Assembly: GCF_001194135.2 (NCBI RefSeq)
Contig: NC_068984.1
Coordinates: 6,822,906-6,861,411 of the forward strand
DNA from: Octopus bimaculoides
Lineage: Eukaryota
Length of the DNA stretch: 38,506 bases
Direction of reading: 5' to 3'
The notes beneath the pieces are model-generated. The model saw nothing but the letters and a program-made list of their open reading frames with translations. It made no database searches and was not told where the DNA came from. A program made the translations under genes and the position numbers. Numbering within the stretch: position 1 is the first letter of the stretch; the number at the start of each line of letters is the position of its first letter. Below, in pieces: positions 1 through 11,978 of the stretch.

Positions 1-42
<42 letters not shown>

Positions 43-1175
43 ATATATATATATATGAATGTATATATATATATATATATGTATGTTTATATACAGCCAT
101 GCGTGTATACCATCAATAAACGACTACTACATCATATATGTGTGTGTGCATTTGTGTCTGTGTGTGTGTGTGTGTTTGTGTGTGTGCGTGTGTGTGTGTG
201 TGTGTGTGTACGTGTGTACGTGTGTGTGTTTGTATCACCGCCATACCACCCAATCCGGATCAATGACAACATAACTATCAAAAATATTCAACGAAACGCA
301 TTCATTAAAGAACATTGGTTGCATGAATTACAGAACAAGATAAACGCTGCAACACCATAGAATTGTTAACTTCACGTTGTTGAAGAATGTTATTCTGGTG
401 TTTCTAAAGACTCTGCTCAAATTTGGTCAATTCCGTGACTGTATGCATATCGGATGGCGCTAGGCTGTGGTTAATTCGTTCTAACGTTAAACTAGTCTCT
501 GCAAATGACAGACCTGCTGAAATATTGTTAAAAACTTTTCTATAAGCAGGCAAGGAAAGAAAGAAAGGAAACAAGGTTATGCACACGCTCGCGCACGCAT
601 GCATGCGCGGTGTTTCGGTGGCTACTGGAAAAAATATATTCTTTTGTTGGAAATTAATAGATAAATAAACAGAGAAAATGAGAGCCATTTATGAGATGGA
701 GAAACTGACAGCGAGAGAGCAAGGTCTACGCGCGTGCGCTCACACATACACACACACATAATTATATACATACGCGCTCACACACATGCATACATATAGA
801 CATAAATGTGAATATATAAAGATATACATATGTCTATATACTTATTCATTTGTATGAATGTATATCTATCTATCTGTCTGTCTATACATATATACATACA
901 TACATATATATATATATATAAATATANNNNNNNNNNNNNNNNNNNNNNNNNNNNNNNNNNNNNNNNNNNNNNNNNNNNNNNNNNNNNNNNNNNNNNNNNN
1001 NNNNNNNNNNNNNNNNNNNNNNNNNNNNNNNNNNNNNNNNNNNNNNNNNNNNNNNNNNNNNNNNNNNNNNNNNNNNNNNNNNNNNNNNNNNNNNNNNNNN
1101 NNNNNNNNNNNNNNNNNNNNNNNNNNNNNNNNNNNNNNNNNNNNNNNNNNNNNNNNNNNNNNNNNNNNNNNNNNN

Positions 1176-1213
<38 letters not shown>

Positions 1214-2689
1214 CGATGCTTGAAGGACACCCAAAAAGCTATCCTTTTGTTGCAAAGTAATAGAGGGATAGCTAGAGTGAGAGTGACTGAGAAAGAGGGT
1301 GAGAGTGACTGAGAAAGAGGGAGAGAGAGCGAGAGATTGATTGATTGATTTATAGATAGTTGGAAAGACTGATCAAACAATACACACGCACACACAAACC
1401 AACAAACACACACACAGATATATACCTATATATATATGCATATATATATATAATGAGAAAGACAGAGGGAAGAGGAGAGAGAGGAGGAGGAAGAGAGGGG
1501 GAGAGAGAGAAGGGAGTATTGTGTGATTCTGTAATCAGTTTTGAATATTTAACCGGGGATACATTCCTGGTATATAATAGTTATCGACCATATCGTGGCT
1601 GAAAGATCAAGTTAGACGGGACATGTAGGATAGCGGAAATAAACTTATTAATAAAGTCTATTCACCAATAACTTTTACAGTAGTCAAGCCTGATTAAGGA
1701 ATATCATGTCAGTCTTGAATACATTTAATCATGAAGATGAAATTAGTAGAGAACTTTCTAGAATTTTTGAATAAATACACTGATAGTCTACGTAGTCCTT
1801 TAGTGCTTCTGGTATCTACAAATTGGTTTTGGTTCCGTATTATGCAAAGAAAAGACAGGATAATTCCAACATTGGTATTAAAAAGACCGTGACTTTCGAA
1901 GGATGTTTATACTGAGCCTTCAGCAAGGATTGGCTTTACAGCTTTTGTTGTTTGTTTATTGGGCAGCTTTTGTTGTTGTTAACATTGATCAAACTAACTC
2001 AGGGTTAACACACACATAGTTAACCTCAGCTGAACTTTGAACTATGATCGAAGCTACTGCCTACTATTGCCGTTTCGTTTTCCTATGCACAGTCCACAGA
2101 GGAATATATTATCTGATGTGTTTTCGAAAACGTTAATCGTTTTATCGGAGGGTAATTAGATTGTTAGTTCTAGCAGGGAGAGCGGCCTACACCAAGGCAT
2201 TCTTACTGTGTTTGTGCATGCGCGTTTGCGTGTATATGTGTGTATGCGTGTGTACTTATACGTGTGTGTGTGTGCGTGCGTGCGCTAGAAGAATAAGCAG
2301 CTAGAAAGAACAGTAAAATTTCTCTGTAATCTCATAAGTTATTTCAAAAAGATTATATAATCTGAGAAAACCTGCATGTAATAGATATATATGAGTGTAT
2401 ACGGCATGAAAATGATTACATAATATATACATACATGCATTCATACATACATACATACATACATACGCACATACATACATACGCACATACATACGCACAT
2501 ACATACAAAACCAGAAAGGAGAAAGCTAATTCGAAGACTACAGATCCAATCCATCACTGGAACTGTAAAAATCTGTATGACTTTTCAGAAGTTTATCATT
2601 TAAGTATATATGAGCATGTCTAGATCTGCAAGTATATGCATGAGAATACATACATACATACATACATACATACATACATACATACAAAA

Positions 2690-2812
2690 AACCTTGTTGT
2701 TGATGTTGAAATTCCAATGAAGGAGCCCTGCCTGGATCTAGGTTAGAAACCGGTTCTTTCTCTCTTGGCAAGACATCTTGAAATAAACTGAATAATGACA
2801 TACACACATTGT
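2690..2812 (+). repeat. Short interspersed repeat fragment ending in GACATAC(AC), probably a 5'-truncated retroelement 3' end
   Basis: Non-simple 120 bp segment directly after a (TACA)n tract (2648-2685), ending aataatgacatacacac. Family recognition is from memory only. Confidence 0.3.
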
Positions 2813-2852
2813 AATTCATTACTTACATAAATACACATGGTTAGAAAAACAC

Positions 2853-3108
2853 AAGGGAAAGAGGATATCTATGAAACCTTGATAAGGAGTTTGCAAATCC
2901 AGTCCCCTAAATACACTTTCAGCTCCATACCTATTATTATTGGAGCAAGATGATACACACCAACCGTCTGGAGCAAAATATGGCTGGCCTTGGGATCTTG
3001 GGAACTTGAGATCGTGTGGAGAAAAAAGCAAATCCTTAATTGAGGCGCTACAAATGATCAGGATATCTGAGACTATGAAAATCTGCAAGAACTTCTTAAA
3101 ATTTAAAG
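2853..3108 (+). mobile_element. Decayed 3' end of an R4/Dong-like non-LTR retrotransposon (RLE C-terminus)
   Basis: Manual translation gives QGKEDIYETLIRSLQIQSPKYTFSSIPIIIGAR*, then after a frameshift NLRSCGEKSKSLIEALQMIRISETMKICKNFLKF. This matches the typical R4/Dong C-terminal pattern (KE..YG.L.R.LQ..YP.Y.F..IPII.GA.G...L...LQ...I.GT.KICK.FL.F). One stop and one frameshift. Confidence 0.7.
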
Positions 3109-4637
3109 GATTATGGTTAAAACATGATACATTCCATCGAAACTTTGCTACCAAGTGGATCAAAATTTACTCTAATATTAAAAAAGAGAAAGAGAAGGAC
3201 ATACATACATACATACATACATACATATGCATAGTGACTTCAAAGTTGACTACAATCCGACGATGGCTTATCTGACTGAAACTTCGAAGTCACTATCAAT
3301 AATATTCTTGTGTAAGAATAACATATACATGTGTGTGCGCGTACGTGTGTATGTGTCTGTATAGAGTAGAATCTGCTTATTGTTATCGAAATTTGGTGAT
3401 TACAAAGATTATTGTCTACTAAGTATTATCAGCCGGTTATTGCAATGCAATAATCAAGAAGGCTTCGTCACACCGTGATCAGAATAACCGGCTTCTACTA
3501 TCCGTACATGCATGCATACATGCATACATGCGTACATACATTCATAGATACGTTCATATATACATGCATGCAAAAATGTAGCTTGATCGATAGATAGACA
3601 GATGTAATCGCATGTGTGCACGTATGCGTGTGCACATATTTGCGAGCGTGCGCATGTGTATTTATATAAGTGCGCATGATTATGATAGAACGGCGTATAA
3701 CATGGGCAGAGATCATATCGACGTCATTTGATAAAGTCGGGAGGATTGATCTTAGCCTCGAGTTACGATATCCCATATATAACGTTCTAGATCTAATTGC
3801 TTGCTGTAAATCACAACACTTTATATTATAGCAGAGCAGAGCGATCGTTTACCGAGACTGACGAGGGGTATTGAAATAGAGCCGAAAGAAACATAATAAC
3901 ATCCAGCGTGTATTTATTATAAGCAACAACAGACAACAACAACAACAACAACAACAGCAGTAGCAGTAGAAGCAGCAGCATTAACGCTCGCGTATCAATT
4001 GGTGTTCTTTGGAACAGAAGAATGAAGGGGGAGCGGGTAGAGAAACGGCGGAAGGAAGATGAGAAGGAAAAAAAAAAAGAGTAAAGAAATTTGTGAAACA
4101 ATAAGAATGTAGCAGGGATTTTNNNNNNNNNNNNNNNNNNNNNNNNNNNNNNNNNNNNNNNNNNNNNNNNNNNNNNNNNNNNNNNNNNNNNNNNNNNNNN
4201 NNNNNNNNNNNNNNNNNNNNNNNNNNNNNNNNNNNNNNNNNNNNNNNNNNNNNNNNNNNNNNNNNNNNNNNNNNNNNNNNNNNNNNNNNNNNNNNNNNNN
4301 NNNNNNNNNNNNNNNNNNNNNNNNNNNNNNNNNNNNNNNNNNNNNNNNNNNNNNNNNNNNNNNNNNNNNNNNNNNNNNNNNNNNNNNNNNNNNNNNNNNN
4401 NNNNNNNNNNNNNNNNNNNNNNNNNNNNNNNNNNNNNNNNNNNNNNNNNNNNNNNNNNNNNNNNNNNNNNNNNNNNNNNNNNNNNNNNNNNNNNNNNNNN
4501 NNNNNNNNNNNNNNNNNNNNNNNNNNNNNNNNNNNNNNNNNNNNNNNNNNNNNNNNNNNNNNNNNNNNNNNNNNNNNNNNNNNNNNNNNNNNNNNNNNNN
4601 NNNNNNNNNNNNNNNNNNNNNNNNNNNNNNNNNNNNN

Positions 4638-4672
<35 letters not shown>

Positions 4673-5276
4673 TATAGACATGAATATGAGTATGAATTCA
4701 CATACACACATGTTCGTGTATGTATATGTGTATATCTATCTATCCATATATACATGTGTGTGTGCTTGAGTTTCTGTTTGTGTGTCTATGGATGCTTTTT
4801 TTTTTGTATGTATGTATATATATATATATATATAGGGAGGTATGTATGTATATGTGTGTGTCATGTAATTGTATATATATGAAGAAATTTGTATATATCT
4901 ATGAATACACACACACGCACACACGCTCGTACACACACGCAAATACACACACACACACACACATATACATACATATATTTAATGTCTGAATACATACAAG
5001 AATTCGTATATATGTCGGTGTATACACATAAACATATATAAAATTTTGTTCTAAACCATGTGTGGGGAAAGCGTGACATATTTATGAAGAGAGAGTGAGA
5101 GAGACAGTTAGAGTGGAAAGATAGAGACATAGACACAGGGAGATTGAAAGTGTGTGAGAGAGAGAGAGTGGGAGAGAGGGAGGGAGGGAGAGGGAGGCTC
5201 TGCAAAAGGCTAGAGAGAATAAGAGAAGGTAGACTGGAGGAGGTCGCAATAGGTAAAGATGATAGAAAGAGCGACA

Positions 5277-5531
5277 GGGGGCGGTGTTGTAGCGAAATGC
5301 ACTTAGTGTTTATGAATTCTAAAATGGCGGACCAATCATAAATTTAGAGCGCTATCAAATTTATTTTACTCTGTAAGTCAGTTTAGAATCCGCCTGGTTT
5401 GTGTTAACGTGCCAAACTTGCTTCCGTATGTTGACGGCACTTGTCGAACGTCAAACTCTGGCGGATAATTCAATTAGAACTATTCTCTGGAAGAGCATCA
5501 AATGGTTTTAGACTTCTCCTAGAGGGCGCTA
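5277..5531. promoter_or_regulatory. Promoter-like motif cluster (GC box, YY1, CCAAT, ETS core, CTCF-like)
   Basis: gggggcgg 5277-5284, aaaatggcgg 5321-5330, ccaatca 5332-5338, cttccg about 5420, ctcctagagggcgcta 5516-5531. Locally CpG-enriched. Confidence 0.3.
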
Positions 5532-5921
5532 CGACTCGATGATGGAATGCATATGTACCGGCCAGAAACATGGTGTTATAATTTGCCGTTGAAATATCAA
5601 AATTTGTGTCATATTTCATTAGCGAAAATGCCAGCTTCACTGTCATGAGAGAACCATGCCAAAAACAATCCAAAGTTGCTAATAAGCGTTAGAATATTCT
5701 TTATTTCAACTCCAAACTATATGGCCATCGACATTTACAGATTTTTCTCAAATTTTGTCAGAATTGTTTATATTATGTTGTTATTTTTTTAAAGATTTTT
5801 TTTTCCTTTCACCCATTTTACTTTCCAAGTATTAAGCACAGTCTGTTTCTTTCGTTGTTTACTTTTTATTATTTCTGCTGTTTCCTTGTATGTTTATAAG
5901 TATGTATACATGTATATAGAA

Positions 5922-5991
<70 letters not shown>

Positions 5992-6177
5992 TATACATAT
6001 ATATATACGTACACATATATGTACGTATATATATATATGTTTATACAATGTTTTTTCTTCACTCTTTCCTTCGCTTCTGATATCTCTAACATGTATTCCT
6101 ATATTTATCTAAATATGTCGATATTATCTGTGTATTATTTATGTCTCAGTTTCTTAACGTAACTAAATCACAACAGA

Positions 6178-6228
<51 letters not shown>

Positions 6229-6360
6229 TCTATCTCTCTCGCTCTCTAACTCTATTTATTTATATATCTATCTTTATTTCTTACTTTTTTCTTTCTTTCT
6301 TTCTGTCCATTCATGTGCCTATACAGTTAGCTAGCGATCTATCTATCAATCAATCAATCA

Positions 6361-6415
<55 letters not shown>

Positions 6416-6899
6416 AATCTATTTGTCGATCTATCTATCGATCTATCTATCGATCTTTCTGTCTGTCTATATGTCAGTCTGTCTGTCTGTCTGTCTATGT
6501 GAATTTGTAGAAATGTGACTATCGTGATAAGTTTTAGTGCTTCTGTAAATATTCAAAGACCTGTGCTTTGACAGATGCCACAGCCTTGATATTCAGTTAA
6601 CGATTACAGAACCACAGTCTTCGGTGCCCACAAAACACTAATAATTAATATCTGATAATATATTTGGCATTTTGTTGCAGATTTTTTTTATTTGTTCTAA
6701 CCTTTGGATTATATTTTATTTTCATATTTTTAAAGGAAAGAAAACACATTAAAAGTATAAAAGAATTAAATTATCGAGGAAAAACAACCGATATCTTCCT
6801 CGGCAAGGAAACATAAAAAAAAAAACCGAAAAATAAGATGGACATGGGTTTAAACAACAGAAGATGGTGGGAAGGGAGCAATGAGTTGTATACCCCAGA

Positions 6900-7310
6900 C
6901 CAAATGGCGTATTTAGGTGCTATCATGATTGCAAAGGCGTTACCGCAGAGAATGGTTCGTGACACGCGCTGCAACAGCTACCCTACCTAGCGTGGCTCAC
7001 ATCTCAGACGGGCCGCAGTTACCCCGATTTTGCGGAGAAAATCTGCCGTGAGGATCCGAAAGTACTTGGAGTCTCGATGGCCACCGATACAAAAAACTGA
7101 TAGCGGCCGGTCTGGTGCGTACAAAGCCAGCAAGCCGTGTCATGCCTGTGAGTATGGCTTGGCTATATGTATCATGATTTCGCTAAAGTTCTTCTTCGGT
7201 ATCTACTTAGTCGCGAGCAAATACCCTCAGGCCCCCCCTGAACTTTTTGTCAGCCTTACATCTAGGATGTGACAGCCGGAAGAGAAGAAAGCTGAAACCG
7301 GTTGCCGCAT
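6900..7310 (-). mobile_element. Decayed 3' end of a CRE-like (RLE) non-LTR retrotransposon
   Basis: Minus-strand frames joined across frameshifts give GGPEGI...DTYSQAIL...YQFFVSVAIET...ADFLRKIG...CEPR*..LLQRVSRTILCGNAFAI. This matches the RLE tail RPDG...DT...F.P.A.ET.G...EPR...L.QR.S..I.RGNA..I. Multiple stops. Confidence 0.7.
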
Positions 7311-7344
7311 ATTCGAAGATGAGTATACTAGGGCAACAGAAAAT

Positions 7345-7382
7345 GAAGTTTTCGGCAAAAAGGAACAATAGAATAAGTAAAA
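7345..7382 (+). mobile_element. Small internal fragment of SINE family A
   Basis: ttcggcaaaaaggaacaatagaataagta resembles ttcgacaaaagagccgatagaataagaac in the 7608 copy. Confidence 0.35.
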
Positions 7383-7461
7383 GTAGAATGAAATCGTGTG
7401 ATATGAGACTTCCGACACCCATGACAGACGATCCTTGTCTCATATGATCTGTGTGTGCTTG

Positions 7462-7585
7462 GGTTGCCATAATAAAACTCAGAGTTTCGGATGTCGGGGC
7501 ATTTTTGTTTGTGTTAATAACTGACGAGATGCCGGAGCAGACTTCTGCCTCTACATCCGAAACTCTGAGTTTTATTATGGCAACC
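7462..7585. mobile_element. Mini inverted-repeat element (MITE-like), 40 bp arms
   Basis: 7462-7501 versus the reverse complement of 7546-7585 match at 38/40, with a 44 bp spacer. The termini GGTTGCCA...TGGCAACC resemble hAT-type ends. No TSD seen. Confidence 0.7.
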
Positions 7586-7607
7586 GACTAATTGTTACAC
7601 ATTATAT

Positions 7608-7915
7608 GAGCAAGTGTCCTCTACTATAGCCTCGGGCCGACCAAAGCCTTGTGAGTGCATTTGGTAGGCGGAAACTGAAAGAAGCGCATCGTATATAAGT
7701 ATATATATATGTTTGTGTGTTTGTCCCCTCTAGCCTTGCTTGACAATCGATGTTGGTGTGTTTATGTCCCCGTAACCTAGCGGTTCGACAAAAGAGCCGA
7801 TAGAATAAGAACTAGGGTTACAAAGAATAAGTCCTGGGGTCGATTTGCTCGACTAAAGGTGGTGCTCCAGCATGGCCGCAGTCAAATGACTGAAACAAGT
7901 AAAAAAGTAAAAGAG
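7608..7915 (+). mobile_element. tRNA-derived SINE family A, 5'-truncated
   Basis: Matches the other copies (reverse complements at 13781, 20831, 36514) from gcaagtgtcctctactatagcctcgggccgacc to ggccgcagtcaaatgactgaaacaagtaaaa. Confidence 0.9.
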
Positions 7916-7959
7916 AGTATATATGTATATATGTATGGGAGAATTTACGAAAAAAACAA

Positions 7960-8062
7960 CAACAGACGAGGACAGGTGGTGTAAACAACAAAAGGATGTA
8001 TTAGTTTAACGCTCGGGAATAGAGAAAGTCTTTAACGTTTCGAGCTACGCTCTTGAACAGGG
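7960..8062 (-). mobile_element. Penelope-like repeat fragment with a degenerate minimal hammerhead (8030-8060)
   Basis: Minus strand reads ctgttca-a-gagc-gta-gctc-gaaa-cgtt-aaag: perfect stem II, intact GAAA, palindromic AACGTT stem III, mutated CUGAUGA core. Confidence 0.45.
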
Positions 8063-9037
8063 ATATTTATGATGATAAATGGTTTTACCGTTAAAGGTTT
8101 TTTCATACTGAACTACTTGGCAAAATTGTTAATTATTAATTCTATTACTAATTGACGATTACCTGCCCTTATTCTTGTNNNNNNNNNNNNNNNNNNNNNN
8201 NNNNNNNNNNNNNNNNNNNNNNNNNNNNNNNNNNNNNNNNNNNNNNNNNNNNNNNNNNNNNNNNNNNNNNNNNNNNNNNNNNNNNNNNNNNNNNNNNNNN
8301 NNNNNNNNNNNNNNNNNNNNNNNNNNNNNNNNNNNNNNNNNNNNNNNNNNNNNNNNNNNNNNNNNNNNNNNNNNNNNNNNNNNNNNNNNNNNNNNNNNNN
8401 NNNNNNNNNNNNNNNNNNNNNNNNNNNNNNNNNNNNNNNNNNNNNNNNNNNNNNNNNNNNNNNNNNNNNNNNNNNNNNNNNNNNNNNNNNNNNNNNNNNN
8501 NNNNNNNNNNNNNNNNNNNNNNNNNNNNNNNNNNNNNNNNNNNNNNNNNNNNNNNNNNNNNNNNNNNNNNNNNNNNNNNNNNNNNNNNNNNNNNNNNNNN
8601 NNNNNNNNNNNNNNNNNNNNNNNNNNNNNNNNNNNNNNNNNNNNNNNNNNNNNNNNNNNNNNNNNNNNNNNNNNNNNNNNNNNNNNNNNNNNNNNNNNNN
8701 NNNNNNNNNNNNNNNNNNNNNNNNNNNNNNNNNNNNNNNNNNNNNNNNNNNNNNNNNNNNNNNNNNNNNNNNNNNNNNNNNNNNNNNNNNNNNNNNNNNN
8801 NNNNNNNNNNNNNNNNNNNNNNNNNNNNNNNNNNNNNNNNNNNNNNNNNNNNNNNNNNNNNNNNNNNNNNNNNNNNNNNNNNNNNNNNNNNNNNNNNNNN
8901 NNNNNNNNNNNNNNNNNNNNNNNNNNNNNNNNNNNNNNNNNNNNNNNNNNNNNNNNNNNNNNNNNNNNNNNNNNNNNNNNNNNNNNNNNNNNNNNNNNNN
9001 NNNNNNNNNNNNNNNNNNNNNNNNNNNNNNNNNNNNN

Positions 9038-9072
<35 letters not shown>

Positions 9073-9334
9073 TACATATATGTGTATATAGCTTCTCTTG
9101 TACTAGATATTTTGTTTCGTGATTTCCAATGAAACATTTCTACTTGTTTATAATTTGAACGACTACAACAAGAGCAATGATACTATACACGAATATATAT
9201 ATATATATATGTATATATCTATATTTATATATAATAATAATGATAAGAAAAATAATAATAATAATAATAATAGTATATATATATATATTCACACACACAC
9301 ACATATATACATATACATACAAATAAATAAATAA

Positions 9335-9425
<91 letters not shown>

Positions 9426-9644
9426 CATATATATGTATATACACACACAGATAAACTTACATACAAACATACACACACACACACACACGTGCATACACAT
9501 ACCTATTGATTTCGAGATCTGCCCGGAAGAAAATTTTGAATAGGTGTAAATAAATTAAAATAGAATTTTCCGGAAGCTAAGTTTAAAACACAGGAAGAAA
9601 AGTTGCTGCTCAATTACATTTTATTTTCTTCCATCTCTTGAAAG

Positions 9645-9688
9645 ACAATGTTCAACACATTTAAAGACAGACATAATAAAGCCAACAG
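9645..9688 (+). other. Candidate small exon (44 nt; TMFNTFKDRHNKAN)
   Basis: Pyrimidine tract ttttattttcttccatctcttgaaag| and donor cag|gtaaaa, with one open frame. No homology recognised. Confidence 0.2.
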
Positions 9689-10794
9689 GTAAAAATTGTT
9701 ATTTCATTTCCATACAGTTATACAGAATTACATACTGCGATATATTCATATACGGACATACACGTATACATACAGACACATATACATTAAAACATACATA
9801 CATATACACACATACATTGTTAGACAGTCATGCTTATTGTCGTATATACAATCGTTTATCGAAGTATTTTGGTGGAAAATGAATAAATCTATTTCATAAG
9901 GTATCATAAGTTGGAAATAGATAAATAAGTAAGAAAAAACAAAAGACAAAGATAATTACGTGAAAGGGAAAAACATTGGTTTGATATCAGTTCAATGAGG
10001 ACGTAAATGTACTTCATAGACACAAACACACGCATACACACACACATCCGTTATACATGTATATATNNNNNNNNNNNNNNNNNNNNNNNNNNNNNNNNNN
10101 NNNNNNNNNNNNNNNNNNNNNNNNNNNNNNNNNNNNNNNNNNNNNNNNNNNNNNNNNNNNNNNNNNNNNNNNNNNNNNNNNNNNNNNNNNNNNNNNNNNN
10201 NNNNNNNNNNNNNNNNNNNNNNNNNNNNNNNNNNNNNNNNNNNNNNNNNNNNNNNNNNNNNNNNNNNNNNNNNNNNNNNNNNNNNNNNNNNNNNNNNNNN
10301 NNNNNNNNNNNNNNNNNNNNNNNNNNNNNNNNNNNNNNNNNNNNNNNNNNNNNNNNNNNNNNNNNNNNNNNNNNNNNNNNNNNNNNNNNNNNNNNNNNNN
10401 NNNNNNNNNNNNNNNNNNNNNNNNNNNNNNNNNNNNNNNNNNNNNNNNNNNNNNNNNNNNNNNNNNNNNNNNNNNNNNNNNNNNNNNNNNNNNNNNNNNN
10501 NNNNNNNNNNNNNNNNNNNNNNNNNNNNNNNNNNNNNNNNNNNNNNNNNNNNNNNNNNNNNNNNNNNNNNNNNNNNNNNNNNNNNNNNNNNNNNNNNNNN
10601 NNNNNNNNNNNNNNNNNNNNNNNNNNNNNNNNNNNNNNNNNNNNNNNNNNNNNNNNNNNNNNNNNNNNNNNNNNNNNNNNNNNNNNNNNNNNNNNNNNNN
10701 NNNNNNNNNNNNNNNNNNNNNNNNNNNNNNNATATATATATATATATATATAGACGTGTGCGTGTGCGTGTATATAGTTCAAGAAGATTCGGGT

Positions 10795-11075
10795 AAAAAG
10801 CTGAAGTTCGATTCCCGACCGGCAGTGCGTTGTGTCCTTGGGCAAGACACTTAATTTCACGTTGCTCCAGTCCACTCAGCTGGCGAGAATGAGTTGCACC
10901 TGTAAAAACCAAAGGGCCAATCTTATCACATTGTCTTTCACGTTGAATCTCGCAAAGAACAACGTGAAAGGGACGCGTGTCTGGATTACTCAGCCACTTA
11001 CACGTTAATTTCATGTACAAGCTCTTCTGTTGAAAGTGTTAATTGGAACCCTCGTCATCTTAACCGACAGAGTGC
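10795..11075 (+). mobile_element. tRNA-derived SINE family C (Meta/V-SINE-like central domain)
   Basis: B box gttcgattcc (10806-10815) followed by gttgtgtccttgggcaagacactt...ttgctccagtccactcagctg, the conserved central motif of widespread metazoan SINE superfamilies. Confidence 0.7.
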
Positions 11076-11320
11076 CATTTTAGTGGTAGTGTTAAGCCAA
11101 GTACTGAATTGTGCCTACTACCTCCTATCCGGAACGATCCTTACGGCAAGCTTCCTCTCAGTTTTCTTCGGATATATTTTACCCGACTTAAGTTGCCCCT
11201 AGACTATGATAGCAGGAACATTTCTAAGAATGGAATCATATTCTAAACTACATAACTGTTCTTTATACACACACACACATATTTGCCTCTTTCTTGAAAA
11301 CGCAAGCTCCTCCAATGCCA

Positions 11321-11440
11321 TGCAGTGCAGTGTAGTGCAGTGCAGTGCAGTGCAGTGCAGTGCAGTGCAGTGCAGTGCAGTGCAGTGCAGTCCAGTCCAG
11401 TCCAGTCCAGTCCAGTCCAGTCTAATCCAGTCCAGTCCAG
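11321..11440 (+). repeat. Compound pentanucleotide microsatellite (TGCAG)n to (TCCAG)n
   Basis: Directly visible, with the unit switch at about 11390. Confidence 0.95.
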
Positions 11441-11568
11441 TTCTTTTGCCAATTTTGATTTTCACTTTCACTTCTTTTATGAAAAACGTGGTCTTTATAA
11501 AATCTCATTTCGTCTTTCCCATAAAGCTAAAGTGTTGCTGTGTACGACATTATTACTGAAGTGCTTGA

Positions 11569-11758
11569 GGCGGCCATCTAGCAGAATCGTTACCACGCCG
11601 GATAAAACGCTTAACGGCATTTCGTCCGTCTTTACTTTCTAAGTTGAAATTCCGCTGAGGTCCAGGATCGATAAAATAATTTCCAATTGAACACTGAATC
11701 GACTTAGTTCCACCCCGGAACTTGCTGGCATTGTGCAAAAATATGAATCCAATATCAG
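11569..11758 (+). mobile_element. SINE family B copy 1 (internally deleted)
   Basis: ggcggccatctagcagaatcgtta...catttcgtccgtcttta...gttgaaattccg...gatcgataaaataa...aatccaata. Homologous to 11771-11978 and to the minus copies at 19376 and 26943. Confidence 0.85.
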
Positions 11759-11770
11759 TGAAGTACTTGG

Positions 11771-11978
11771 GGCAATGAGTTGACAGAATCGTTCCCATGC
11801 CGGGAGAATTACTCAGCGCCATTTCGTCCGTCTTTACGTTCTGAGTTCAAATTCCGCCGAGGCTGATTTTACCTTTCGTTCTTTCGGGGTCGATAAAATA
11901 AGTACCATTTGATTCCTGGGGGTCGACTTACCATCTCCTCTGAGCTTGTTGGCTTTGTGTCAAAATTCGAAACCAATA
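11771..11978 (+). mobile_element. SINE family B copy 2
   Basis: B box gagttcaaattcc, body ctttcggggtcgataaaataagtacc, tail caaaattcgaaaccaata. Confidence 0.9.

Noticed and set aside
404-688. Minus-strand ORF with a pyrimidine tract and AG at 540 (KVFNNISAGLSFAETSLTLERINHSL...)
   Set aside because: No donor and no recognisable homology, and the pyrimidine tract is a (CTTT)-type simple repeat.
1277-1320. Perfect 22 bp tandem duplication
   Set aside because: It lies in GA-rich low-complexity sequence and is an ordinary slippage product.
3231-3493. Small inverted repeats (17 bp arms at 3231-3295; 11 bp arms at 3431-3493)
   Set aside because: Too short and isolated to assign. They could be chance or terminal MITE decay.
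11321-11440. Pentanucleotide array as a CRISPR-like or coding repeat (LHCTA/LDWTG peptides)
   Set aside because: It has no spacers. It is an ordinary compound microsatellite with a single-base unit switch.
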